A stretch of DNA of 64,000 nt from Mobula hypostoma (GCF_963921235.1 NC_086097.1:211050001-211114000), one strand, 5' to 3'. Shown: positions 1 through 13,141, numbered from the stretch's first letter. Notes: generated from the letters alone by a model not told the origin. Numbers and translations: made by a program.

Positions 1-1017
1 ATAAGTAGAAATGGAAAGTAGAGAGGTAGTGTTCATGGGTTCAATGTCCATTTAGAAATTGGCTGGCAGAGGGAAGAAGCTGTTCCTGAATTGCTGAGTG
101 TGTGCCTTCAGGCTTCTGACATCCTTCCTGACAGGAACAATGAGAAGAGGGCGTGACCTGGGTGGCGGGGATCTTTAATGCTGGATGCCGTCTTCCTAAG
201 GCATCACTCCTGGAAGATGTCTTGGATACTACGGAGGTTAGTATCCATGATGGAGCTGTCCACAGTACATTTGTAGAGGATTGAGTGTTTTAGTTGACAA
301 ACCAAATCTCCTCAAACTCCTAAACATAGCAGCTGTATTGCCTTCTTTACAGCTGCGTCAATATGTTGCATCCATGTTAGATCTCACAGATCTTGACAAT
401 CAGGACTTGAAACTGCTCACCCTCTCTACTTTTGACCCCTCCATGAGGATTGGTTTGTGTTCCCTCAGCTTACCTTTCCGAAGTCCTCCAGTCAGTTCTT
501 TGGTCTTGCTGACGCTGAGTACAAGGTTGTTGCTGTGACACCACTTAACTACCTGGTATATCTCACTCCTGTACGCCTTTTCATCACCAATTGAAATTCT
601 TCCAACAATGGTTGCATCATCAGCAAATTTACAGATGGCATTTGAGCTATGCCTAGCCCCACAGTCATGGGTGTAGAGAGAGTAGAGCAGTGGGTTAAGC
701 ACACATCTTGTGGTATGCCAGTATGGTCAACGAGGTAGCGATGCTATTTCCAATCCGCACAGATTCTGGTCTTCCGGTTAGGAAGCTGGAGATCCGGTTG
801 CAGAGGGAGGTTCAGAGGCCTCGGTTCTTTATCTTTTCAATCAGGACTGTAGGAACGGTGGTGTTAAATGCCGAGCTATAGTCAATAAACAGCATCCTGA
901 CATGGGTATTTGCAATGTCGAGAAGATCTAAGGCAGCATGGAGAACCCTTGAGATCATGTCTGCTGTAGACCTGTTGTGGCGATAGGCAAATTGTAGTGG
1001 GTCCAGGTCTTTAGAGA
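1..1017 (-). mobile_element. Rex1/Babar-type LINE RT, 3' part (decayed)
   Basis: ORF fragments [16 protein letters not shown]...[14 protein letters not shown] and PLLYSLYTHDC...KFADD are typical of Rex1/Babar RT. Confidence 0.85.
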
Positions 1018-2458
1018 ACATAGGACAGCACATAACAGGCACTTCGGCCCACAATGTTGTGCCAACCCTCAAACCCTGCCACCCATATAAGCCCCCACCT
1101 TAAGTTCCTCCATATATCTGTCTAGTAGTCTCTTAAACTTCACGAGTGTATCTGCCTCCACCACTGACTCAGGCAGTGCATTCCACACACCAACCACTCT
1201 CTGAGTAAAAAACCTTCCTCTAATATCCCCCTTGAACTTTCCACCCCTTACCTTAAAGCCATGTCCTCTTGTATTGAGCAATGGTGCCTTGGGGAAGAGG
1301 CGCTGGCTATCCACTCTATCTATTCCTCTTAATATCTTGTACACCTCTATCATGTCTCCTCTCATCCTCCTTCTCTCCAAAGAGTAAAGCCCTAGCTCCC
1401 TTAATCTCTGATCATAATCCATACTCTCTAAACCAGGCAGCATCCTGGCAAATCTCCTCTGTACTCTTCCCAATGCTTCCACATCCTTCTTATAGTGAGG
1501 CGACCAGAACTGGACACAGTACTCCAAGTGTGGCCCAACCAGAGTTTTATAGAGCTGCATCATCACATCGCGACTCTTAAACTCTATCCCTCGACTTATG
1601 AAAGCTAACACCCCATAAGCTTTCTTAACTACCCTATCCACCTGTGAAGCAATTTTCAAGGATCTGTGGACATGTACCCCCAGATCCCTCTGCTCCTCCA
1701 CACTACCAAGTATCCTGCCATTTACTTTGTACTCTGCCTTGGAGTTTGTCCTTCCAAAGTGTACCATCTCACACTTCTCCAGGTTGAACTCCATCTGCCA
1801 CTTCTCAGCCCACTTCTACATCCTATCAATGTCTCTCTGCAATCTTCAACAATCCTCTACACTATCTACAACACCACCAACCTTTGTGTTGTCTGCAAAT
1901 TTGCCAACCCACCCCTCTAACCCCACATCCAGGTCGTTAATAAAAATCACGAAAAGTAGAGGTCCCAGAACAGATCCTTGTGGGACACCACTAGTCACAA
2001 TCTTCCAATCTGAATGTACTCCCTCCACCACGACCCTCTGCCTTCTGCAGGCAAGCCAATTCTGAATCCACCTGGCCAAACTTCCCTAGATCCCATGCCT
2101 TCTGACTTTCTGAGTAAGCCTACCATGTGGAACCTTGTCAAATGCCTTATTAGAATCCATATAGATCACATCCACTGCACTACCCTCATCTATATGCCTG
2201 GTCACCTCCTCAAAGAACTCTATCAGGCTTGTTAGACACGATCTGCCCTTGACAAAGCCACGCTGACTGTCCCTGATCAGACCATGATTTTCTAAATGCC
2301 CAGAGATCCTATCTCTAAGAATCTTTTCCAACAGCTTTCCCACCACAAACGTAAGGCTCACTGGTCTATAATTACCCAGACTATCCCTACTACCTTTTTT
2401 GAACAAGGGGACAACATTCACCTCCCTCCAATCCTCTGGTACCATACCCGTGGGCAAC
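1018..2458 (-). mobile_element. CR1 LINE, 5'-truncated, inserted in the Rex1 element
   Basis: RT fragments [30 protein letters not shown] and KFAD, plus the 241-aa C-terminal ORF (PHLEYCVQFWSP...RRMRGDMIEVYKI) and the CR1 3' tail near 1018. Confidence 0.92.
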
Positions 2459-2625
2459 GAGATAGGACTTAATTCTAGCCGTGACCAACTTCTCAAAGGA
2501 TTTCATCACCATAGATGTGAGTGCTACTGGATGACAGTCATTAAGGCAACTCACGCTGTTGTTCTTTGGCACCGGTATAATTATTGCCCTATAAAGCAGG
2601 TGGAAGAATCACCAAAGATTCAATA
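2459..2625 (-). mobile_element. Rex1/Babar LINE, upstream continuation of the 1-1017 element
   Basis: VPKNNSVSCLNDCHPVALTSMVMKSFEKLV joins in frame to [12 protein letters not shown] when the CR1 is removed. Confidence 0.85.
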
Positions 2626-5584
2626 GTTCAGACCGTTTTTGGTTTTGATTACATTTCAATGTAAATGAAATGGAAGCAGGTGGACTAAAACATGGACTGG
2701 TCCACAAAGAGAATGGCATAGTGTGGACCCATAGGTGCAGAGGGCAGTATGGGAGCTCAAGAACAGGATAGGTTGTTCTGAGATTTGGAGAATTGGGAGA
2801 TTGGGAGTGGACGGTCTAAGAAAGGAGAGGCGAGTAGCAGACAGCAAGAAGAAGGACGAGTCTAGCAAAAGAGGAGAGTCCAAGAGTGGGAGAGAATAGT
2901 CTGCCGTTGGTTAATGCCAATCCAAATGCAGGATCATCCACAACGATGGCTGAAGAGACCAGTCAGACAGCAAGGGACACCAAATTCACTACAGGAGAGG
3001 ACGTCCAGCTGTCCAATGTTCTTGAACTATTGCCTTTACATTTGCCAACCAGTGCCTTCCTAAATAAAATTTGTACATTACATCTGGAGGTGTGTGGCTC
3101 CATATCCGATCAGATCATAAACACTAATTACAATTACCTCCACTGTGTATTGCAGTCTAAAATTGAAATATATAATTTTATGCAAAATCATTTTACTTGT
3201 ATTTCATCACAACTGCAGATTTCCCATTCTCTTTTTATCTGTCAAAATGTCTGACCTCCAGTTACCTACACAAGACTTTCTAGAACTCCTTTTTGAATCT
3301 GATGATCTGTCCATTATCTTTTAAGGCCCCTTATTAAAAGCAAACTCAGATTCTTCACATGCACAATGCAATGAACTGGTATTTTTTGCATGTTATTTTG
3401 ATTATAATAATACATGGCATATTATATCAATTCTGTAAGACTAATGCAAAGTACTCAGACATGTTTAGTGAAAAAGAATTCAAAGTTAAATATTGCAGCA
3501 CAAATACAAAGTTGTCAAAATGCTATTTAAGTAATCCATTTAGCTCTTTTATTATAAATGTTGTTACAAAAACATTGAATATACTAATTTCACACATTTG
3601 CATGACTTAAATCCTAAAATTAGCTATCGTTTATTTTTACCGATGCAAGCAATGTATTTGTTCAGTGAGTTGTACACTTTCAAATACAAAACATCAAAAC
3701 TTCTTGCAAATCTTGGAAATAAAATGCAAGTAGCAACCCTGATTTAACACATTTATAAATAATGTTAACCAACAAAAATGCAACTTTATCATTTTGTAAT
3801 AATGGAGAAGTGATTTGGGCAACATCAAAAATTGCAGTATTTAAGCATGCAATGCTGATTTTGTGATTTATATTAAGAATCACTTCTAAATACATTTCTT
3901 CACAAATAATATTTATGAATTATGTTCATAGTCTTTTGCAATACTTAATCAGGATACATCTGGTCCCACACCTAGCACAAAAAAGAACAGCAGCAAAATA
4001 ATTTTATTAAAATTCTATATTGAGAAAATTAAATTTGTTAAACATGCAGTTTACATTCTACTTTACCATATTTAAATTCTATAACTCATTTTAAACTTTC
4101 CTCAGACTCTATACAATATAAGAAATAAAACTGTTAATGATTCAGCTGAAAGAGTTACATTTCTTAGAGATGGGTATGGAAGAAGTACTGTTTTTATTAC
4201 TAACTACACAAAAAAACGACACTGTTTAATTTACAGTCTGTTAGATTAAACATGCTAATTGTTTCAGTACTTATTTTCTTGTGACAAGGAAGCACTGGAA
4301 AATTACTGAATAATTGCTCAGTTACTAGAGCAGTTTTTTAAGTTTTGGTTTGACTGATAAATACATATTGCAATTGAAAGAGTGTTATGGTGATATTTAT
4401 TCCATGAACCATGAAGATACGGCTTCATGACCATAATTCAAGTGAAACAGACATAGTTCATGGAAATAATGACCGTCACCCTTTATCACTGTCACTCAAA
4501 TGTGATTCTAAGTGCGAATTATAGATGAGAGATTCTGAAGATATTTCATCATCTTTCATTCCAAATCTGGGGTTTAGATTTCAATGTACACAACCTTTTT
4601 CAACTGCATATACAAGCACGATGAACCTTGCAGTATTCTCTTGATGCCTATTAAGTATTGTCGGTACTAGCAGCAACATAAATTTTTAATATTCATGTAA
4701 ATACAAGTAATTCATAGTAACAAACCTTCATTTTCAGCAAGGAAATTCAGATTGCTTGCTGCTCTTTCACCCATCACACCCCTATTTGAGATGAAAGCCA
4801 TCAGTGGTGCTAAATTACATCTGTTGAGGTGGTGGATAATACCTTAGCAATATGAAACATCTCATCATTAATAGTAGTATTCCGGGGAGTAAACAGGGCA
4901 ATACATCACGAGTTTTATTGCTTGTTTATTGCCTTTTTGATATTTGATATCAAATTAGTATGAGATTGCATTATTGAACTAAAAATTCAGGAACCTAGGC
5001 TAATGACCTGGAGACAATGCTCAAATCACATCACAGCCCAATTGAAAACAAAATTAATTAAAACATGGAATAAAAAGCTTGCACCAATTGATTCGAAATG
5101 TCCCCGATTCATTGGTTCGTTCAGGAAAGAACGCCTATCTTTTGTGCCTTATGTAGCCAGTACGCATCTATAGATTGCCACCATGTTTGACTCCCACTTC
5201 ACTTAGCAAACACTTAGTTACAATCTACCACACCAAATGATGAAAGGATACAATAAATGGACCACTCAGCATTGATCAAAGCATCAGATACAATAAACAC
5301 AAACTTAGTCCAAACATCCTCTACTAAGTCCTCCCAACTAAGAACTACGTGCATAGCAAAGTTGGAACAGCTTTAACACATATATAAAATAAATACCTAG
5401 AGTTATATCTTGCACTCAGCTGCCCAGAATCTGTCATCACCAGCGCTGGGCATGTTGTGTCCATTTTAAAAAAAACTCTCATTAATTAGAAGGACCAGCT
5501 CATTTGGAGAGGTAATAAGCACTGAAAATTTTCAACATTGCCTCTGAACCCAAAGACTCATTATGGTAAATCAAATACAGGTAA

Positions 5585-6265
5585 GTGTAAATTTACAGAT
5601 AAAATTTACAAGGGTGTTACCAGAATTTGAGGACTTGAATTACAAGGAAATGTTGAAAATGTGAGGAATTTATTCTCTAAAGCATAGAACGAGGGGTGAT
5701 CTTATTATACAAAATTATAAGGGGAATAGGTAGTGTAAATACATTCACGAACAGAAAATCTGCAGGCAATGGAAATCCAACAACACACACAAAATGCTGG
5801 AGGAACTCAGCAGGCCAGGCAGCATCTATGGAGAAAAGTACAGTCCCCGTTTCAGGCCAGGACCTGCCGAAGGGTCTCGGCCCGAAATGTTGACTGTTCT
5901 CATTTCCATAGATGCTGCCCGTTCTGCTGAATTCCTCCAGCGTTTTGCGTGTGTTGTTGTGTAAATACATGCAGACTTTTCCTCAAGGTTGAGAGAGACT
6001 AGAACCACAGCTTTTAGGTTTTATGGTGAAAAGTGAAATGGTGAAATGTTTCAGGGGATCGTTTTCATTCAGAGGGTGGTGCGTGTGGAAAAAGCTGCCA
6101 GCAGAGGTGGTGGGTGTGAGTTCAACTTCAACATTTATAAGTTTCAATAGGTACATGGATGACACAGGTTTGGAGGGCTGTAGTACTGGTACGGGTACAT
6201 GGGACTAGGCAGAACAACAGGTTGGCTGAGAATGAAAAGGCCAAATGGTGACTCCTGTGTAAACC
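5585..6265 (+). mobile_element. CR1 3' fragment interrupted by a Penelope-derived element
   Basis: Decayed CR1 C-terminal coding sequence (GDLIIQNYKGNR-like; FRGSFSFRGWCVWKKLPAEVV) on both sides of 5745-5958. Confidence 0.75.
5745..5958. mobile_element. Short Penelope-derived inverted-repeat element with 12-bp TSD
   Basis: Arms CAACACACACAAAATGCTGGAGGAACTCAGCAG...GGCAGCATCTATGGA and TCCATAGATGCTGCC...CTGCTGAATTCCTCCAGCGTTTTGCGTGTGTTG. TSD GTGTAAATACAT at 5733-5744 and 5959-5970. Confidence 0.85.
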
Positions 6266-7194
6266 TCCTACATCTATCATCTACATTCAATTGACGACAT
6301 GGCACTCTTTTGTTTTGACTAATACTGACCAAGCTGGCCAGATCCTGGAGAATGTTTCTGCTAGAATAGCTTGAAAAAGATATTGAGAGAGAAAAATCGG
6401 CCTTGACTTTGTCTATTCTGTCATACTCTGACAAAAGCCCATGACAGTGTTGATGGGAGTACCTATACAGACCTTGTATACACCATCCTCACACTGAGGT
6501 TATCCTCGACCCAGTGTGCGGCTCAGCTATCATGCTAAATTCAGACAAAAACAGGACCAGCAATTCAAATCTCACATCATTGAGCCAAAGCACACCATCA
6601 GCATGAGGACAATTCTTTAAAGCATCTCAACAGGGCTTTCACTTCCAGGAATTCTGATCTAGAAGGACAACAAGTTGACTAACTTTCCTCTGAGTACAAG
6701 TTTCGGCACAATCAGCAGTTAAACCTTTTGCTTGTGGAGTGTAGGGGTAGAGAAAAATACTTTCTATTTGTTTAGTATTACCTAGCTACCAAAATATTTC
6801 TGAACACTTAACTCAACTAAAATGGCTTCAGGACTGTTTCTCCCATGTGGTACTTAAACATTAAAATTCAGTTTCCATTATTCTCTTAATTGAGTTAGGC
6901 TGTTCATTTATAATTCCCAGTTAGCTCTCTTGCTTGAATCAAAACACCTTCCTACAGACAAAAATTGATTTAGGATTATGTGAGATAATATTACTCAGTT
7001 TGCATTGCAAAACACTCCTATATTGTCTTAATGACCAGATATTAAGTAATGAAGGTAAACTCTCAAGTAATAACAAAAAGAATGACTTCAGATAGAAGTG
7101 TAATTAAATATAAGATGTCTAATTGAGCTATAGATTTCAACATAAAAATATTGGATTGCACCCCTCAAGAACACCACACCTCCCCCCTCCCCAT

Positions 7195-7745
7195 ATATTT
7201 TCAGGATATCCCCAAAGGATTTAAAACTAATGAAGTAATTTTAAAAAGTGATCACACTTATAACTAAAGGAACATACAGCAAATTTACACACTGCAAGAT
7301 CCGACAAGGGAAATTGATAATGTCTAGAAAATGACCTCAATATTTTTCTGTAATGCCTGCAACTGTGCTACAAAGATGCCTGCAAGTGGGACATGAAGGC
7401 ACTGGACATCAACCTTGAGTCTTGAGAGGAACTTGCAGGGGACCACAGCAGGTGGAGAGGCACCCTGAAACAACACCTTAAGTCAAGCCAGGAAATAATC
7501 CTGAAAGCAGAAGACAAACAGGCCCATAGAAAGGAACCATGCATCTCCAGTAGTGCTGAGGCCACACAGATGTGATGCTTGCAACAGTGACTGCCACCCT
7601 CATGTTTATCTCGTCAGCCATAGATGCCGCTGCACCAGCAACGCAAGACGCGGCATCAGTGGTCGACTTGACCAACAGAGGGCCACTGATGTTATCTGAG
7701 GGATAAATATTGCCCAAAAATACCTAATTCAAAATCATCCACCTA
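7195..7745 (-). mobile_element. Deu-domain SINE remnant (AmnSINE1/SacSINE1-like), split by an RTE fragment
   Basis: 7200-7340 resembles the reverse Deu domain (CCCAAAG...AATGAAGTAATTTT...CAGCAAATTTACACACTGCAAGATCC) and resumes with TGAGGGATAAATATTG at about 7697. Confidence 0.6.
7355..7685 (+). mobile_element. RTE-clade LINE 3' end
   Basis: Manual translation QLCYKDACKWDMKALDINLES*EELAGDHSRWRGTL, followed by a C-x2-C zinc-finger-like segment (RCDACNSDC). Confidence 0.7.
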
Positions 7746-7749
7746 TATA

Positions 7750-10292
7750 CTGTAAATGTTTACTTATCAGGTTAATTGAAGAAATGCAAATAACATCCTT
7801 TCAAAAATGCACATAAAAATGTATCTTTAATTTCTCAGCACCAAAAACAAAACCAGATTTATGCTTGGAATAGTTATTGTAAAGTTCAGCAAAATTCAAC
7901 AAATCCTTTCACTCGACATACAGGTTGTATTTCCAGGAACAAGAATCTAAATGAGTCCTCACATACTGAACTCTCATTGCAAAGCTCTGCCAAGCAAACA
8001 TGAATATGGCTAAATTCAGTAAACTGTTCAGACATATTTCACACCTGATAAGCTTTGACAATTTATTTTGCTAATTTTTTTTTTGCAAAAATATTTTTCC
8101 TAGGACCAAGAAATCTGTACAGATTAGTGTTCTGCAGGGTGGTGTCAAACAAGAGCCGTGTACTTATATTCAAAATTGCGACAATCTATATTGGCAATAG
8201 CTGTTAGAAATTACAGTTGTTAATGTGTTTTTTTTTAAGAACATATAGGAAATTGCCATTTTCCTCTCCTATATCACCCTGCCGTTGTGTGGTTCCTGTG
8301 TTACAGTTCCACACAGTTGCCCATATACACAAGAACCCATAGGCAGAAATGGTCCTTTGACAGCAGAGCCTCACGAACATCAAAAATGCATAGTTCCAGA
8401 AGAGAACAAAGGGTGGTAATGGGGGAATGTGGAACCAAACTATCTCTCTTCTCAACCAGCGCCATCAAGGCTGATTGCAATGTCGAGATGAAATTAAGCA
8501 TCTTATTTCAAAAAACTCCAGAGAATAAACCTGGGACTTCTGGTTATTTATCACACTAAATAAATTGTGAGTCATCCATAAAGCTTGCGTGTGGACACTT
8601 TACATCGATGACATACTCACAAGTATGATATTAAAATCTATAATGTAATCTACAGAGGTTCTTCAAAATATAAATAGCTTGCTACATGAATAATAAAAAT
8701 AAGACAAAGCAACCATTGCAATAAGCTGAAATTGAAATATTTTCTACTTCAAGCTGTGTAAGAATGCAAAGCCAGCGCTTTCTAAAATCAACATAAATGC
8801 AAGAAGTCTTAAAAATAACTTTATCACCCTTAATGCTTTACAGTAAATGCACACAAAATTAAAGATTACTTTAGTTTCACAAATACTTCTCTTTACAAAA
8901 AGACTAACCCACTAAATAACTGTGCGATTTTGTCTGAAAATACAAATAGCACTTGGACAGAAAGACAAATAGAACAAGGACAATATGCAATCAAAGCACT
9001 AAAAGAAGTCAAATTGCAAGATTTGCTCCATTTGACTGGAAGGCTATTCAACTATTGGAAGAAGAATAACAATGTTCCGATCTGTTATTAAGGATCTGAA
9101 ACTTGCTGTGAAATTTTTAATCTTCCCCTTTTGCACCGGTCTTTGCCATTGTTTCTGAGGTTTACCTTCAATTAGTACAAAACCAGATTGTGCTCATACT
9201 GCAAGATATATGTATATTGGATTACTTTAATAAATAAAAAAAATTAAATTTTTTGGTCAGAATGAGGGCTTCGACTTAACAGAATCCTAGTCAATCCTGG
9301 CTTAATTGGCAACACACTACCTATAATAGCACCCAGCTATATGAATAGTGCACAAGTTTCAAGCCTCAGCCTGTATAAGCTAACCAATTTTAGTTGGGAG
9401 AGGAAGGGACAGTCCTCCAGTTAGTTTCAAGTTGCATTCCATTTCCTATGCACTACCCAGTGGAGAATGCTGGAAGAGCTGAATCACCATCACTATCAGA
9501 GTACACCCAGAATGCTGGGTCCTTTATTCAAGGTACTTAAGAATTAATTATAACATATAAGACAGCATCTATAAGAGAAATATGGAGATAAGGATTCAAG
9601 GAACACAGAAATTCCAGTGTATTATCATCCTACTTAACGTAGACTTGCACATCCAATTATTCGTTATTGCCAAGTTATAATGCTGTAATTATTTAAAGAA
9701 GCACTTATACCAAAATGAAGAAGCCAGTTCAATTCAAATATTAATTTTCTTTAAATTTAGAAAACAATTAAAGGATTACATCAGGTTTTCCTCATTTACT
9801 TAACGGTGTATCTTGAAAAGTAAAGAAAATGTTTTCATTTTGGATACTTTCAATTCCTATTTGCATAAAGGTCATTAAAAAAAAAGTTTTCTATCTTAAT
9901 GCTTCATCCAAACCGATTAGAAGAACAATAAAGAAAAGCTAGTTTTCAAACATTGTTTGAATATAATGGACTCTACAATTACAAGTTCCATAATTCTACA
10001 CCCATAACTTATTAACTTAAAGGTATAAACATTCACATTAATACATTAAGCTTGACTACCATTTATACACACCCAGTAACACTGTTCAGCTGCCCATATT
10101 CACAATTTTAAAATCAGAATTGGTCCAACTAAGACCATTTTTTGCTCTGCAAAGCCACCCACACCCAAGCTCTCATCTTCATACACCAAGATTTGCTCGA
10201 TTCCAACAGTATGAGGAGAAAGTTTAAATCAGACCAATTATGAGCATGTTATTTTTTGTTGTTTTAACAATGAAATAACTAGTTGGGAATTT
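7750..10292 (-). other. Probable 3'UTR of IMPAD1/BPNT2 (minimum extent uncertain)
   Basis: AT-rich and largely free of recognisable TEs directly after the stop codon. Minus-strand AATAAA at 9523-9528 and 8062-8067. Confidence 0.55.
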
Positions 10293-10567
10293 CTACTGGG
10301 TTTTAAAAGATTTCAAACTTGGCAGTTTCTCAAGTAATGTTTTGTGAGAGAGACCAATAGTGGCAAAAATTCCACCATCATTCAACTCACTACTAGTATA
10401 GTCAATAGCCTTTCCTTGCAAAGTGGTCATTTGACCACCAAGTGCTTCCAAAAGGGCATTGCCAGCACAGATGTCCCACTTCTTGATATTGGTTATGTGT
10501 AGGTACACATCAGCATGGTCTGGCTGTTTATCATCAGGTATATTCAGCAGAGACAGCACTTTATAAC
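10293..10567 (-). CDS. BPNT2: IMPAD1/BPNT2 coding exon 5 (terminal)
   Basis: Acceptor TTTGATTTGTAG. Translates (G)YKVLSLLNIPDDKQPDHADVYLHITNIKKWDICAGNALLEALGGQMTTL...KTQ-stop(TAG), with the WDxxAG motif. The five exons sum to 1044 nt in one frame. Confidence 0.97.
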
Positions 10568-10871
10568 CTACAAATCAAAGTAAATATTCATTAACAAGTT
10601 AATTCAATCCAAATAAAATCTAACAAAGATCCAAATTCTCAAAGACTTGAAATTTTTCATGTTAATCAGTCAAGTAATTTTGAATATTTGCTCTATATGC
10701 ACTCCATATTCTGAATTATTTACACAATATTGGTTTGGAATTTGTACTGAATTATAAAACAGCAGCTTTTCAAGAACAGTGCCCACAAGGAATTAGTAAC
10801 CTCTGCAGTTTGAATTTCGTTTTTGCCAAAATCAGTTGTAAGGCATCACTTGAGATGTTAGCTCAGACCTA

Positions 10872-12280
10872 AGACACAAGACATAGGAGCAGAATTAGGC
10901 CACTCGGCCCATCAAGTCTGCTCTACCATTTCATCCTGGCTGTTTTATTATCCTTCTCAAGCTCATTCTCCTGCCTTTTCCCCATAACCCATTATGCCCT
11001 GACAAACAAGAAATTATTAACCTCCACTTTAAATATACTTAATGACTTGGCCTACATAAGAATTAGTGGCAATGAATTCCACAGATCCCCCACCTTCTGG
11101 ATAAAGAAATTCCTATTAATCTCTGTTCTAAACAGATGTCCCTCTATTCTAAGGTTGTGCCCTCTGACCCTAAACATCCTCTTCACATCTACTATCTAGA
11201 GGGATTTCAATATACAATAGGCTTCAACGAGTTCCCTACTCATTCTTCTAATCTCCAGCAAATACAGACTCAGAGCCAGCAAACACTCATATTTTAACCC
11301 TTTCATTTCTAGAATCATTCTTGAGAACCTCATCCAGAACCTCACCAATGCCAGCACATCTTTTCTTAGGTAAGAGGCCCAAAACCACTCAAAAGTACAG
11401 TCTTATAAAGCCTCTGGGTTACATCCTTGCTCTTATATTCTAGTCCTCTTGAAATGAATGGAATTTGCCTTCCTTATCACTGACCAAACCAGCAAGTTAG
11501 CCTTTAGGGAATCCTGCATGAGGACTCCCTAGTCTCTTTGCGCCTCTGATTATTGAGTTTTCTTCCTGTTAATAAAATAGTCTAGTCCTTTATTTCTTCT
11601 ACAAGATTGCACGACCATACACTTCCTTACACTATATTCCATTTGCCACTTCTTTGCCCATTGCCCCTATCTATCCTTCTTCAACACTACCGGCCACTCC
11701 CCTTATCCTTATATTGTCTGCAAAATTGGCCACAAAGCCATTAATTCCATCAAGATAGTGTCTTCCAGTGAAGACTGACACAAAATATTCATTTAGTTCA
11801 TTTGTCATTTCATTGCCCCCCCCCCCCATTTCTACCTCTCCAATGTCATTTTCCAATGATCCAATATCCACTCTCACCTTTCTTTTACTCACTTTGAATA
11901 TCTGAAACAAACTTCTGGTATCCTCTTTTATATTATATATTATATTATTGGCTAGCTTACCTTCATATTTCATTTTTCCCCTCCTTATGGTTCTTTTAGC
12001 TGCCTTCTGTTGGTTTCTGAAAGCTTAACAAACATCTAACCTCCCACTAAATGTTGCTTATATTATACAGTTTCTTTTGCTTTTATACTCTCACTTCCCT
12101 TGTCAACCATAGTTGCCTCATCCTCCCTTTCAATTACTTCTTCATCGTTGGCATTTATTTATCCTGTACCTTCCAAATTACTCCCAGAAACTCCAGCCAT
12201 TGCTGCTCTGCCATCATCCCTGCTAGTGTCCCCTTTCAATCAACTTTGACCAGCTCCTCGCTTATGCCTCTGTAATTCCC
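10872..12280 (-). mobile_element. CR1 LINE fragments in intron 4
   Basis: CR1 3' tail (ATAGGAGCAGAATTAGGCCACTCGGCCCATC), decayed RT (GFVANFADN) and linker (VDIGSLEND...ELNEYFVSVFT). Confidence 0.85.
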
Positions 12281-12600
12281 ATGATTTTCCTCATAAATAT
12301 CTAAAGAGAATATCAGGAACTTTTGTCAGAAAAGTTCCTAATGAACACTGCTAACTATCAGCCTGTAAACGTGTCCAGAATGAATTTACTACATCTGCAG
12401 AGTTTGTTCAGATTAGATTTCAACACCATTTTATCTTCTAATAATGCGAATTCACTTTCTATTGATTTCACTAACTTTCTACTTAAATGATTGTAACCAG
12501 CCCTTTATGTAATAAAGAAGTTTATGCTTCAGAGTACTCCTCCAAATTCAATAAAAAGTGCGAAATAAAACTTCTTAAAAAGGTTTTCTCCCAAACTTAC

Positions 12601-12762
12601 CTGCTCCTCCAGCTTCTTTAATCTCACTGTCATTCCCAAATGCTTTCTGAGCAAATGCTTTTCCAGTGCCTGTATGTGACCGGGAAATTATAATTTTGGG
12701 ATTCTTCTCATTGTATGATTTGCGCATGCTCACATTTGATCCTCCACGCACCATTCCCCATG
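12601..12762 (-). CDS. BPNT2: IMPAD1/BPNT2 coding exon 4 (not in ORF track)
   Basis: Acceptor TTTTCCCCTCTGACAG. Manual translation gives (A)[53 protein letters not shown](G). Donor GCAG|GTAAGT; 162 nt. Confidence 0.96.
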
Positions 12763-13100
12763 CTGTCAGAGGGGAAAATTAAAATTAAAGCAGATCCAGT
12801 TTGCGCAAAATGCATTTTTAAATATCTTTACTTGGTAATTTAATTGCATATGGCACGATAAAAACATGTATCTATTGTGAAATTTTTTTCTACACGTTAT
12901 AGACTGAACATTCTGTTTGGTCTCTACAAAAAGGATTAAAATTAAAAGTTAGAAAAAGAATTTAAAATAATCTATAGTAAATTGAGTCAGAGAAGTATGA
13001 AGGAAAAAATATCCTTAAGTTGTTGTGTGTTATGTGTACTACTGTGCATTACATCCTGATCTGGAGAAAATCTATTGTCTCGTTTGAAGGTAAACAAGTA

Positions 13101-13102
13101 TG

Positions 13103-13141
<39 letters not shown>

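Larger units (their letters stand above)
4990..6720 (+). mobile_element. Old LINE 5' end and endonuclease region (CR1/L2 group), split by younger insertions at about 5585-6270
   Basis: Degenerate resemblance, recalled from memory, to a chondrichthyan LINE 5'UTR/APE region; a related copy lies at about 44290-44700. Confidence 0.45.
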
